Notes: generated by a model from the sequence alone, not told the origin. A stretch of 64,000 bases of DNA from Dehalococcoidia bacterium (GCA_965197585.1 OZ240215.1:3365520-3429519), one strand, 5' to 3'; positions 1 through 10,396 are shown, counted from the first letter of the stretch. Program-made: numbers and translations.

Positions 1-477
1 GCGCTACGGCGAGGGGGTGCCGGAGGATTTGCTCCGTATCGCTCCGGCAATCTAGGACAAATATAGTTAGGCTGTGGGGCCACAGCTGGATTCCCTGGCC
101 CCCGTCGTGCCCATAGCGGCATACAGCCCAAGAATGGAGCCTCTGACGGACATCCTGCCCTGGATCGGTCCGTGCATATAATCGAGCAAAGGGCACGGCC
201 GGCTGTAAGTCCCTCCCTCTCAGGCGGGGCCTGCTCTCCAGGTCCCCCCGACAGCCGGAACACCCGCAAAGAGAGAATGCAAAGCCACTTAGAGGGCAAA
301 AGGGCGTCTTTCATCGCCAACCCAAAACCCAACAGACGGAACTGAAACCGAAACTCCACAACTGAATAAAAAGCCAGCGGGTCACTAACCTACCGAACGT
401 GTACACAGGGTTTAGGTATACCCCGTCCGTCTGCTAAAATCAGCCTGTCCTAAGCACATCAACGCCGAGGCACAGCC

Positions 478-1251
478 ATGGGTTTCGCGACGGTCGAAGG
501 CAGAAACATCCACTATCAGTTTCCGGCACAGGCCGAGGCCCGCGTCCGCCAGGGGCACAACGTCCTGATGGTCCACGGCGCCGTCGACAACCATCGGGTC
601 TGGAGACACCAGCACGCCTACCTGGAACGCGACCACACTCCCCTGGCCATCGATCTGCCCGGTCACGGCGACTCCCAGGGCCCGCCCATCGACAGTCCCG
701 CCGACTTCCGACATTTCATCAAGGCATTCGTGGACGTTATGGACCTCCCGCCCTTCGTTTTCGCTGGGCATTCCATGGGCGGCTCCATGGCCTTGGACTA
801 CGCCATCCACCACCCCGATGACGTGAAGGGCCTCATCCTGGTAGGCGCGGGCGCCCATTGGGAGCTGTCTTCTGAGCACCTGGAGCTCTGGACCACCGAC
901 CCCGAGCGTGCCCAGCGTGAAAACGTCGCCCTCCTTTTTTCCAAGAAGACCTCCCAGCGCCTCGTCGAAGAATACGCCAAACAGCTCGCTGCCCAGGGAC
1001 CCAGGACCTGCACCGCAGACTTCCTCAACTGCGACAGATACGACCTCCTCGACAAAATCAATCAAATCAGCGTCCCGACCCTAGTCGCCGCTGGTGATGA
1101 AGAAGAGTGGCTCGAGAATTCACGCGAAATCCACGCCAGTTCCATGAAAACCACCTTCGAGATAATAGCTGCCGCGGGCCACGCCGTAATGATCGAGCAA
1201 CCCGCCCTGCTGAACGAGGCCATTGGGGCCTATCTTGCCACCCTGTCCTGA
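478..1251 (+). CDS. alpha/beta fold hydrolase
   Basis: HG oxyanion motif, DLPGHG, nucleophile elbow GHSMGG, C-terminal AGH. Confidence 0.9.
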   Translation: MGFATVEGRNIHYQFPAQAEARVRQGHNVLMVHGAVDNHRVWRHQHAYLERDHTPLAIDLPGHGDSQGPPIDSPADFRHFIKAFVDVMDLPPFVFAGHSMGGSMALDYAIHHPDDVKGLILVGAGAHWELSSEHLELWTTDPERAQRENVALLFSKKTSQRLVEEYAKQLAAQGPRTCTADFLNCDRYDLLDKINQISVPTLVAAGDEEEWLENSREIHASSMKTTFEIIAAAGHAVMIEQPALLNEAIGAYLATLS

Positions 1252-1287
1252 CTACCGATAGAAGATTAGCCAACTGCCCTGGGGGAA

Positions 1288-2061
1288 GTGATGACACACA
1301 TACAGGTAAATGGAAAACGAGCCTTCTACGCATCCCCTCATGATGTGGCCGGCGGTGACCGCCGGGGGAAGACGGTTTTATTGGTGCACGGGGCACGGAG
1401 CAATCACCGGATTTGGGCGCCGCAGCTACAGGCTCTTGCCCGCCGACATACGCCCATAGCCATGGACCTTCCCGGCCACGGAGACTCCGAGGGCCCGGGT
1501 TCGACGAACGTCTCGGAGTACCGTGACTTCGTCAAGGCCCTCGTAGACGCCCTGGGAATCGAAAGTTTCGTGATAGCCGGCCACTCGATGGGCGGCTCCA
1601 TCGCCCTCGACTACACGCTCAACTACCCGGGCGTCGAGGCCTATATCCCTGTAGGATCTGCCCCCCAATGGAACATCGACGAGGACTACATCGACATCTA
1701 CCGCACGGATCCCGAGAAGGCTATCAAGGAAAGCGCAGGGCGCAACTTCTCGAAGAGCACCCCCAGGGCCATCGTCGAACTCAACGAATGGAACAACAAA
1801 TCGACGCCCATGGAGGTCGGAATCGGAGACCTGGAAGCCTGCAACGCCTTCAACCAGGCCCCCCGCCTCGCCGATGTAAAGGTCCCGACCTGCGTGATTT
1901 GCGGTGAGGAAGACCTTTACGTCGATGGTTCCCAGGCCCTGCATGACGGAATATCGGGCTCCCAGGTGCACTGGATAAAAAACGCCGGCCACGACCCGTC
2001 CATAGAGCAGCCCCTGGCCACCAACAAGATACTTCTGGACTTCCTAGGCTCCCTGGCTTAG
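1288..2061 (+). CDS. alpha/beta fold hydrolase (tandem paralog of the upstream gene)
   Basis: DLPGHGDS, GHSMGG, AGH; same length and motif layout as 478..1251. Confidence 0.9.
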   Translation: MMTHIQVNGKRAFYASPHDVAGGDRRGKTVLLVHGARSNHRIWAPQLQALARRHTPIAMDLPGHGDSEGPGSTNVSEYRDFVKALVDALGIESFVIAGHSMGGSIALDYTLNYPGVEAYIPVGSAPQWNIDEDYIDIYRTDPEKAIKESAGRNFSKSTPRAIVELNEWNNKSTPMEVGIGDLEACNAFNQAPRLADVKVPTCVICGEEDLYVDGSQALHDGISGSQVHWIKNAGHDPSIEQPLATNKILLDFLGSLA

Positions 2062-2157
2062 GTGACAACATACTTGGTATCGGCCAAATGACCAGCCACC
2101 CCCATATGTTAAGATGCACCGCAGTCTCGTGAGATTTCACCACAGGAGGCCCGAGCG

Positions 2158-3318
2158 GTGAGTGGCTGTCTGGACGGAATAAAAGTGCTGGAACTCGCCC
2201 GGTATCAAGCCGGGCCCCGGGCCGGCATGGTCATGTCCGACATGGGCGCCGAGGTCATCAAAGTCGAGAAGCCCGGCGGCGAGGAAACCCGAGCCCATGC
2301 TCCCCTCGTTAACGGCACCAGCGTCTACTTCACCGTCTACAACCGGGGCAAGAAGAGCATCACCCTCAACATGCGCACCGAGGAGGGTAAGGAGATCTTC
2401 CGGGAGCTCGTGAAGACCGCCGACGTCGTTCTCGAAAACTTCCGCCCCGGCGTCATTGCCAAGATGGGCTTCTCCTACGAGGAGCTCAAGAAGATCAAAC
2501 CGGACATTATCCTGACCTCAGTGTCGGGGTTCGGGCAGTATGGTCCCTACAGAAACCGGCCCGCCTTCGACCCCATCGGCCAGGCGATGTCAGGGCTGAT
2601 GGAGATCACCGGTCTCCACGAAGGCCACCCGGTCCTCACCGGTTCCCCGATCATCGACCGTATAACTTCCCTCCATGCCTGCATTGGCACCCTGGGGGCG
2701 GTCATTCATCGCAACGCTACCGGCGAGGGTCAGGTGATCGACGTAAGCCTGCTGGACACGGGCGTGACCCTTATGGAAATTCCCATCTCCCACCACATGG
2801 GCACAGGCGCAGGGCCCGAGGACTACTACGCCTCCGTCTATAAGGCCAAGGATGGCTACGTGACCATTCCTGCTACCTCCAGGACCCTCTGGACGCGAGT
2901 CTTCATCGCTATGGGGTGCCACGAGCTTGCTGAAGATCCCAGCATCCTCGGCTTCGAGGCCGATGAAGGCTCGAAGGCCAAGCGCCTGGCACTCCTCACG
3001 GAATGGGTCGCCTCGAACAACGTGGCCGATATAACAGAGAAACTTGTCGCCAACGAGGTCCCCGTAGGTCCCGTCCAGACCCCCGCTCAGATGTCCCGAG
3101 ACCCCCACATGAGCGAACGTGAGATGATGGTCCCTGTCCCGACTGAGAACGGTCAGCATGAGATCATGGCCCCCGGCCTCACCATCAAGTTCTCCAAGAC
3201 CAAGGGCGCCGTCGGCAAGGTCCCCGCCGCCGGCGAGCACACCTGCGAAATCCTCGGTAGGCTTCCCGGCATGACCCCCGAGAAGATCGAAGACCTGCGC
3301 AGCCGGGGCGTCCTATAG
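2158..3318 (+). CDS. class III CoA-transferase (CaiB/BaiF family)
   Basis: AGP...GAEVIKVE, NRGKKS, ENFRPG, GFGQYGPY motifs; AGGAGG RBS. Confidence 0.93.
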   Translation: MSGCLDGIKVLELARYQAGPRAGMVMSDMGAEVIKVEKPGGEETRAHAPLVNGTSVYFTVYNRGKKSITLNMRTEEGKEIFRELVKTADVVLENFRPGVIAKMGFSYEELKKIKPDIILTSVSGFGQYGPYRNRPAFDPIGQAMSGLMEITGLHEGHPVLTGSPIIDRITSLHACIGTLGAVIHRNATGEGQVIDVSLLDTGVTLMEIPISHHMGTGAGPEDYYASVYKAKDGYVTIPATSRTLWTRVFIAMGCHELAEDPSILGFEADEGSKAKRLALLTEWVASNNVADITEKLVANEVPVGPVQTPAQMSRDPHMSEREMMVPVPTENGQHEIMAPGLTIKFSKTKGAVGKVPAAGEHTCEILGRLPGMTPEKIEDLRSRGVL

Positions 3319-3352
3319 ACCTCCACCTAAATCGAACGCAATACTAAAACCG

Positions 3353-4486
3353 ATGAATAACCTCAAGGATAAATGCGCCATCGTCGGCATCGGCGAGACG
3401 GAATACTCGAAGGACTCGGGACGAAGTGAACTGTCCCTGGTCATCGACGCTTCCTTGAAAGCCATCGAGGACGCGGGCCTGCAGCCCGAGGACATCGACG
3501 GCATGGTCAGGTTTGTCGTCGACCCCACCAGCGAGGAAGAGGTCATTGCCTCCCTCGGCATTCCCGAGCTCACCTTTTTCGACGAACTTGCCTACACGGG
3601 TACGGCTGCCGGGGGCCTTGTAGCTCACGCCTGCATGGCGGTGGCCACCGGGATGGCCAACAATGTCCTGCTTTACCGGGCCATGAACGGGAGGTCGGGG
3701 AAAAGGTACGGGTCTGGGGCAATAACCGGGCGCCGGGGGCAGGGTCAGGCGGCGTTCATGGAGCCTTTCGGACTCCTGGTCCCTGGCCAGCAACTGGCAA
3801 TGTACGCCCGACGACACATGTACGAGTACGCCACGACGAGCGCGCAGTTCGGGGCCATATCGGTCGCATGCCGGAAGCACGCCAACATGAATCCTCGGGC
3901 CATCATGTACGGCCGACCCATGACCATTGAGGACCACCAGAACTCCCGAATGATCTACGATCCATTCCACCTCTTCGACTGCTGCCTGGAGACCGACGGC
4001 GGCGCAGCGATAGTCATCTCCTCCGCCGAGCGGGCCCAAGACATGCGTCAAAGGCCCGTATACGTTTCCGCTGTTGCCCAGAGCCTCGTCCCACCGATCT
4101 TGGAAAACGGGCCGATATCCCAGACCGTCGCTGCTGTGTCGGGGCCGAGACTCTTTGACATGGCGGGCATAACCCCCCAGGACATCGACGCCGCTCAAAT
4201 CTACGACCATTTCAGCGCCCTTGTTCTGTTCGCCCTGGAAGACTACGGGTTTTGCGCCAAGGGAGAGGGCGGGTCCTTCGTTGAGGGTGGCAGGATCGAA
4301 ATAGGCGGCGAGTTGCCAATAAACACCGCTGGCGGCCATCTGTCGGAAGCGTACGTCCACACCGTGAACCATATTATCGAAGGTGTCAGGCAGCTCCGCG
4401 GCTGCTCGACTGCACAAGTTCCCGACGCCGAGTTCGTACTGGTAGACACGGGCGAAGGCGTCGGTGCGATGATCCTCCGCAGGTAA
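3353..4486 (+). CDS. thiolase-like / lipid-transfer (Ltp2-type) protein
   Basis: AIVGIGET, DCCLETDGG, IYDHF, NTAGGHLSEAY motifs. Confidence 0.9.
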   Translation: MNNLKDKCAIVGIGETEYSKDSGRSELSLVIDASLKAIEDAGLQPEDIDGMVRFVVDPTSEEEVIASLGIPELTFFDELAYTGTAAGGLVAHACMAVATGMANNVLLYRAMNGRSGKRYGSGAITGRRGQGQAAFMEPFGLLVPGQQLAMYARRHMYEYATTSAQFGAISVACRKHANMNPRAIMYGRPMTIEDHQNSRMIYDPFHLFDCCLETDGGAAIVISSAERAQDMRQRPVYVSAVAQSLVPPILENGPISQTVAAVSGPRLFDMAGITPQDIDAAQIYDHFSALVLFALEDYGFCAKGEGGSFVEGGRIEIGGELPINTAGGHLSEAYVHTVNHIIEGVRQLRGCSTAQVPDAEFVLVDTGEGVGAMILRR

Positions 4487-4492
4487 CTGGAA

Positions 4493-4915
4493 ATGACCGA
4501 AGAGACTCTCCAACCCCTCCCCATACCCGTACCGTCCATTGATAACCGGGCCTTTTGGGAGGCCTGCAACCGGGGCGAGTTAGTCATCCAGCATTGCCCA
4601 AAGTGCGACGCCCTGCGCCATCCCCCTAGGCCCATGTGCCCCGGATGCCGGAGTAAGGAGTTAGGTTGGAAGAAGGTGTCGGGGCTGGGTACGGTCTACA
4701 GCTACACGGTGACCCACCAGGCGATTCACCCGTCGCTGCGAGGCCGGGTCCCGTGGACTGTGATAATGGTTGACCTAGACGAAGGCGTGAGGATGATTAG
4801 CCACATCGTCGACTGCCCTGCAGAGGACGTACAAATCGGCATGCGGGTGGAGGTGGTCTTCGAAGAGGTCGAGGCAGGCGTCACCCTCCCTTACTTCCGC
4901 CCGGCTGCCGATTAG
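4493..4915 (+). CDS. Zn-ribbon/OB-fold (DUF35) protein, partner of the thiolase-like protein
   Basis: FWE..., CPKC and CPGC pairs, GTVYSYTV, IGMRVEVVF. Confidence 0.92.
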   Translation: MTEETLQPLPIPVPSIDNRAFWEACNRGELVIQHCPKCDALRHPPRPMCPGCRSKELGWKKVSGLGTVYSYTVTHQAIHPSLRGRVPWTVIMVDLDEGVRMISHIVDCPAEDVQIGMRVEVVFEEVEAGVTLPYFRPAAD

Positions 4916-4991
4916 GCAGCCCTTTCCCCCCCGTTCCCTCGAACACCACGAAGAGTCTCCCGAAGTACTATACGAGCGCGCTCCCCGGTAA

Positions 4992-5020
4992 TTGACCCCC
5001 TATCAAAGCCCTGCTATATT
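4992..5020 (+). promoter_or_regulatory. sigma70-type promoter of tRNA-Ala
   Basis: TTGACC-N17-TATATT 12 nt upstream of the tRNA. Confidence 0.75.
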
Positions 5021-5032
5021 CGACCCCTGATT

Positions 5033-5108
<76 letters not shown>

Positions 5109-5190
5109 CCACGTACTGTACTCATAACCCGCCCGCTTAGGCCGACCTCGGCGCTGTCCACGCACCCTATGGGACCGTCATCCGGCGTGG

Positions 5191-5658
5191 TTATGGAGTA
5201 GAGGCCGCCGGCTCCGCCAGAGTGTGGGGGAACGTGCCACCGAAGAGGTCGCCCTCGGTGGGCCACTGGTCTCTGGGCAGCTCGTTGAAGGCTTCTATCA
5301 TGTTTCCATCGGGATCGAAAAAATAGACGCCGAGCGATATTCCGTGATCATCCACCATGGAGATCTTCACGTCCCTTTGCTTCAAGTCCAGATACAGCTC
5401 CTGCAGCTCCTTGAAAGTCTCCATCTCCCAGGCAAAATGGTTGAGCCCTACGCGGCGTTGCTCTGGGCCCGGGGCGTCGGGTCCTACGGAGATCAGAGCC
5501 AGCTCGTGGGACGAGTCCTCCCCGGAGCTCATAAATATCACCCGGCCCGGCCATACGTTGGTGACGTGAAGACCCAGGACATCCTTGTAGAACCTGACGG
5601 ATGTATCGAGGTCGCGGACCGAAAGCACCAGGTGCCTGAGTCTTTTGGGTTTGACCAT
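5191..5658 (-). CDS. VOC/glyoxalase family protein (extradiol dioxygenase-like)
   Basis: HLVLSV..FY...LG, HELAL, GLNHFA, YFFDPDGNMIE. Confidence 0.88.
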   Translation of the reverse strand: MVKPKRLRHLVLSVRDLDTSVRFYKDVLGLHVTNVWPGRVIFMSSGEDSSHELALISVGPDAPGPEQRRVGLNHFAWEMETFKELQELYLDLKQRDVKISMVDDHGISLGVYFFDPDGNMIEAFNELPRDQWPTEGDLFGGTFPHTLAEPAASTP

Positions 5659-5703
5659 AGTCTCCTCCGTCGCCTGCTTCGAGCGAGCCCTCTTTGTCCT
5701 CTC

Positions 5704-6210
5704 CTACAGGAAGATGCTGATGTTTCTGGCATCCAGTATCGTCTGGTCTAAAATGATGGTCCTTCTGGCGATCTTCAGCTTGCCATCGACCCGCCTGAGG
5801 GTGTCCTGCCGGGTGCCGACGTAAATGTCCTGGTCGGTGTCCAGGCGGGTCCTGTAGACCAGGAAGTTGGAATGAACGTCAAACTCGGAGTGCCCATTGG
5901 CGACTTTTACTCGGATGTTGGAGATCAGATGCCGCGTTCGAGAGGGTGGAGTCTCCGCCCAGGCGGTCCCGGTATCCAGACGAGCAACCCGCATCCGCAG
6001 GGTTTCCTTGGTGTCCTCGAAAAAGGCCGTTTCTCCAGGCTTGGACAGCTCTTCCGCCACCTCTCTGCTGTTCCGGTTCTCTCGCACCGGCATCCAATAG
6101 TGCAGATCGTCGGTGAACAGGTCCAGCCACTGGTGGAACCGACGGTCATCCAGGAGCTCCGCCTCTTCGTACAGGAGGTCTTCGACCTCATTCCGCAGGT
6201 CATCCGACAT
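5704..6210 (-). CDS. aromatic ring-hydroxylating dioxygenase beta subunit
   Basis: LYEEAELLDDRRF..WLDL, WAETPPSRTRH, KIARRTIILDQ; start placed at MSDDLR, overlapping the alpha stop. Confidence 0.92.
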   Translation of the reverse strand: MSDDLRNEVEDLLYEEAELLDDRRFHQWLDLFTDDLHYWMPVRENRNSREVAEELSKPGETAFFEDTKETLRMRVARLDTGTAWAETPPSRTRHLISNIRVKVANGHSEFDVHSNFLVYRTRLDTDQDIYVGTRQDTLRRVDGKLKIARRTIILDQTILDARNISIFL

Positions 6211-6776
6211 GCTGGGCTGTCTCCACTTTACGAGTGGAATCACTCACTTCTCCCCAGGACTCCACAGCCATCAGCTCGGCCCAGCGTTCGTACATGGAGC
6301 GTTGGTTGATGTCGCTGTAGAATTCCCCCACCCTTCCCGGAAAATCCGGGTGCGTCGTCTCGTGTCCCATACCCATCTGGAAGTTAACGGGTACTCGCCT
6401 TGAAGCGGCGCCTCGTCCGGAGCGGGTGACCTGCATCCAGTTGTCCATGTCGTCCTGCTCCCACGTCCCCGCGGTCGAAAAAGTCTGTGTTACATTGATC
6501 CGCTGAGCTTCCTTGACCTCGGGAGGAGCGGCTTTATCGACGAAGGTCCATGCCCAGATTTCCGTCTCCATCCCGGCTCACTATGATCGGGTCCTCCCCC
6601 ATGTAGGTTGTGATGAAGTCCTCGGGGTTGGGCAGCTGGCTCTCGTGTCCCAAGAACAGCCAGCAACGGGCGAAAATCCGCTCCAGCTCCAGATCGTAGA
6701 TCTCCCGATCGGCGAATATCCTGCGGTCGATCAGGCCCTGCTCCATGTCCACAAGTTGTTTATTATCGAAACTCAT
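6200..6776 (-). pseudogene. ring-hydroxylating dioxygenase alpha subunit with large internal deletion
   Basis: N-terminus ([25 protein letters not shown]) is joined out of frame to the C-terminus (WEQDDMDNW..QRSMYERW); Rieske and Fe-binding His motifs are absent. Confidence 0.88.
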
Positions 6777-6884
6777 TCTCTAAAGCCATCCTGGTCAGGT
6801 CTGGTCTTGTCTCTTACGAAGCTCGCTATGCACTAAGTCTAGCGATGGCGTTACGGCGATTCAATCCATTTACCGTACCTGACC

Positions 6885-7892
6885 TTAAATCGATACCTTT
6901 GCCCCGATGGGCTCCAGGACGTGCAGCTGCTCACGGGTCAGCTCAAGGTCGCTCGCCGAGGCGTTCTGCTCCAACTCTTCAAGGTTCTCGGGACCGATGA
7001 CGGCGCTGGTCACCGCCGGACGAGAGAGCAGCCAGCCCAGTGCCAACTGTGCCGGAGGCAGCTCCCACTCCTTCGCTGCAGCATCCAGTTGCCTGGCCGC
7101 GTTCCTCTCATCGGCATTGAACCCGGGCCCCTGCCCCTCCAGCCATCGCCGGTCCCCGAGCGTGGAGACTGCCCTTGTTTCGAGGGTATCCAACCCGGTG
7201 AGCAGGCCGCCGGCCAGCGGGCTATAGCATGTGAGGCCAATACCAAAGCGCCGACAGGCGGGGACAACCTCCTCCTCGATGACACGGGCGGCCATGCTGT
7301 ACCGCATCTGAGTTGCCACCGGCTCGTACAGCCCCAGCATCCTTGACGTCATCACAATCTCAGTCATCTGCCAGGCAGGGAAGTTGGACAGGGCAAAGTA
7401 CCGAATCTTGCCCTGAGGCACCAGGTCATCCATTGCCCGCAGGGTCTGATCGATGGGCGTGGAGGGGTCAGGGGCATGCCAGTAGTACAGGTCCAGGTAG
7501 TCGGTCCCGAGCCGTTTCAGGGTCCGCTCGATCATCCGCATGATGTGCACGCGCGTGAGGCCGCCACCACCCATTCCTCCCCCGTTGGGGCCCGGCAGCA
7601 CCCGTTCTTGAACCTTGGAGGCGATTATCACGTCGTGACGGTGACCCTTGAGCGCCAAGCCGAGAATCTCCTCGGCGGACTTGCGCTGCTCGGCGGGAGG
7701 CGCTCCCGGTCGGCTAAACCTGGGCTGGTCGCCGTAGGAGTTTGCGGTATCGAAGAAGTTGATGCCCAGGTCCAGGGCCCGATTGAACAGGGCTGGAGCG
7801 TCCTCTTCTCGAGGCGCCACGCCCAGGGCCGCTGTGCCGATACAGATCCGGGAAACGCGAACACCCGTATTTCCTAACGTGACATACTGCAT
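6885..7892 (-). CDS. aldo/keto reductase
   Basis: GINFFDTANSY, LKRLGTDYLDLYYWH, GKIRY, YSPLAGGLLTG. Confidence 0.93.
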   Translation of the reverse strand: MQYVTLGNTGVRVSRICIGTAALGVAPREEDAPALFNRALDLGINFFDTANSYGDQPRFSRPGAPPAEQRKSAEEILGLALKGHRHDVIIASKVQERVLPGPNGGGMGGGGLTRVHIMRMIERTLKRLGTDYLDLYYWHAPDPSTPIDQTLRAMDDLVPQGKIRYFALSNFPAWQMTEIVMTSRMLGLYEPVATQMRYSMAARVIEEEVVPACRRFGIGLTCYSPLAGGLLTGLDTLETRAVSTLGDRRWLEGQGPGFNADERNAARQLDAAAKEWELPPAQLALGWLLSRPAVTSAVIGPENLEELEQNASASDLELTREQLHVLEPIGAKVSI

Positions 7893-8254
7893 GACAGGTC
7901 ACCACCTTAAACGCTGTTTTGCCGAGGCGATGGGCCGGGTAGAGGCCCACGATAGCGGCCCGGCTCCCGCCTTAGATTACCATGGCAACTTCTCCTACCT
8001 CGCTTCTACTTCGACCACATGGTTATTGATACACCTATCCAGACGTGAGAGGCAACTCATGATAATCGAAGTACCGTATAGGAATGCGTTGCATAAAATC
8101 TTCAATACATGGCATGAGTGTAAACCGTCGGCTTGATGGACTTGCCTCACCGGTCGCCGTATACCTCTCAAACTGGCTTCCCGAATGTAGCCTTCATGTG
8201 CGGATGCGCCCCACAGTTACTCAGGCCCTGCTCAGCGGAAAAAGCAGTCTGGCG

Positions 8255-8476
8255 ATGACAGTACCACTTAACCGCCTCCTCGTACTGGTTGCCGCAACGC
8301 TGACCCTTCTGGCCGTCATGCTCGCGACTGCCCACGCCGTCTACGCCCAGAGCGGCGACTATTCCTGCGCCACCGGCGAAGCGGTGACCGACCCGGACAA
8401 CAGCCCCGGACTGGTGTCCGACTGCACCGCTCTCCTGGCGGTCATCCGCCTCTACTTTGCCGACGGCTCCACATAA
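8255..8476 (+). pseudogene. collapsed remnant of a secreted repeat-type surface protein
   Basis: Signal peptide ending AVYA, then CATGEAVTDPDNSPGLVSDCTALLA joined directly to VIRLYF tail. Confidence 0.5.
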
Positions 8477-8637
8477 GAACGTGAGTGATGGTGACTGGGG
8501 TGGTGGCGGCATGTCGAATAAGACAGTGACCCCGAGGTTCCGTTATTCCCGCGATGGCCTGAGTTCGGGGACGCCTTGGATATCCGTGCTATCCTGACAG
8601 GAGATCCCGCCTGACCCAATCCATAGGGAGGTGTCCG

Positions 8638-10383
8638 ATGACCACGACCATCCAGCGCCTGCTCGACGCCGGAACAGTAGAAGAAGTGCGGGCCCGGCGA
8701 TGCACGGTAGTCACCGGAGGCGGACACGCCATCGCCGTCTTTCCCCTCGGAGACCGGTTCGCCGCCGTCGACAACCGATGCCCCCACATGGGTTTTCCCC
8801 TCGACAGGGGCACCGTCAGCAACGGAATCCTCACCTGCCACTGGCATCACGCCAGGTTCGACCTCTCCAGCGGCGGCACATTCGACCCCTTCGCCGACGA
8901 TGTGAGGGCCTTCCCGGTCACGGTCTCGGGAGGCCGTGTGTGGGTCGACCCCAGCCCGCCTACAGCCGACCCTGTGGAGAGGTGGTCGCGCCGCCTCGAA
9001 GACGGGATGGAGCACAACATCCGGCTGGTGATCGCCAAGTCGGTCCTCGGGCTCAACTCGTCCCCCTCCGACTACCACACGCCGCTGACTATCGGCGCCA
9101 GGTTTGGGACCACCTACTCGGATAGCGGCTGGGGAGCGGCCATGACTATGATGACCTGCTCGGCCAACATCCTCGCCTATCTCTACCCCGAAGATCGACC
9201 CCTAGCCCTCTACCAAGGCATCAGGCAGGTGGCCGCCGAGTGCGCCGGAAGACCTCCCCGCTTCCCGGTCGATCCCCTGCCCACGGGTGAGACCCGCCCC
9301 GAGGTATTCAAAGAATGGTTCCGTGGCTTCATCGAGGTCCGTGACGCCGAAGGCGCCGAGCGGTGTCTGCGCACAGCGATTGACCTGGGCATATCCTCCC
9401 GCGAGATCGCAGACATGGTCTTCGCCGCGGCTACGGACCGGGTCTATCTGGACGGAGGCCACGTCCTCGACTTCTGCAACAAGGCCTTCGAGTCGCTCGA
9501 CCACATCGGCTGGGAGCACGCGGGCCAGGTGCTCACCAGCCTCGTGCAGGGCATAGCCACGGCGCGGCGCAGCGAGGAGCTCAACTCGTGGCGAAACCCC
9601 ATCGACCTCTCCTCGCTGGTCTGGGAAGCCCGGAGTGCCCTACCCGACCTCTGGCGGCAGGGAGCCGGCTCCCGGGGAGCGTGGGACGGAGAGCAACTTC
9701 TCGTCGATACCATCCTCTCGGATGATCCATCTGCCACCCTCGAAGAGTTGGGTCAGGCGGTCCGGGCGGGCGCGACTGCCGAGCAACTGGGCGGTGCGGT
9801 CGCCTACGCCGCATTCCTCAGGATGGCCCGCTTCCACACCTCCAACGAGTTCGGGGACTGGGACACCGTCCACAATACCCTCACCGCCGCCAACGCGCTG
9901 CACCAGGCGCTGAAGCGCGCCCCTTCGGTCGAGTTGCTGCGCGCCGTGTTCGATACGGCGATCAGCATCTACCTCGACCGCTTCCTGAACATGCCGCCCC
10001 AGCGTATGCCCGAGTCGAACGGTGCACAGCCCTCGGACGACCTCGGGACAAGGTTACTGGAGGCGATGGACTCGCAGCAGCAGGTGGAACAGGCGGCCCG
10101 CATCGTGACCGACTACGTAGTAGCCTCTCCCAACCCAGATGATCTCCTCTCGGTGCTGGCCCACGCCATGCTCAGGGAGGACTCTACCTTCCACCACTTC
10201 CAGATCGTCGATGCAGCGATAAAGCAGTACGAGGAGCGCAGGGGTACCGACGCGGCTCGGCACGTACTGGTCGGCGCGGCTAGGTTCCTGGCTGCCCACT
10301 ACCCGACGCCAAGGGCCGTGAACCAGACCTTCAACATCGCCGCTCGCCTCCAGCGCGGCGACGAGATCTTCAAAGAGAAGTAG
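8638..10383 (+). CDS. Rieske [2Fe-2S] domain protein with large helical C-terminal region
   Basis: NRCPHMG...CHWHHARF Rieske motif; GGGAGG RBS. Confidence 0.88.
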   Translation: MTTTIQRLLDAGTVEEVRARRCTVVTGGGHAIAVFPLGDRFAAVDNRCPHMGFPLDRGTVSNGILTCHWHHARFDLSSGGTFDPFADDVRAFPVTVSGGRVWVDPSPPTADPVERWSRRLEDGMEHNIRLVIAKSVLGLNSSPSDYHTPLTIGARFGTTYSDSGWGAAMTMMTCSANILAYLYPEDRPLALYQGIRQVAAECAGRPPRFPVDPLPTGETRPEVFKEWFRGFIEVRDAEGAERCLRTAIDLGISSREIADMVFAAATDRVYLDGGHVLDFCNKAFESLDHIGWEHAGQVLTSLVQGIATARRSEELNSWRNPIDLSSLVWEARSALPDLWRQGAGSRGAWDGEQLLVDTILSDDPSATLEELGQAVRAGATAEQLGGAVAYAAFLRMARFHTSNEFGDWDTVHNTLTAANALHQALKRAPSVELLRAVFDTAISIYLDRFLNMPPQRMPESNGAQPSDDLGTRLLEAMDSQQQVEQAARIVTDYVVASPNPDDLLSVLAHAMLREDSTFHHFQIVDAAIKQYEERRGTDAARHVLVGAARFLAAHYPTPRAVNQTFNIAARLQRGDEIFKEK

Positions 10384-10396
10384 CAGGAGAGTAATA

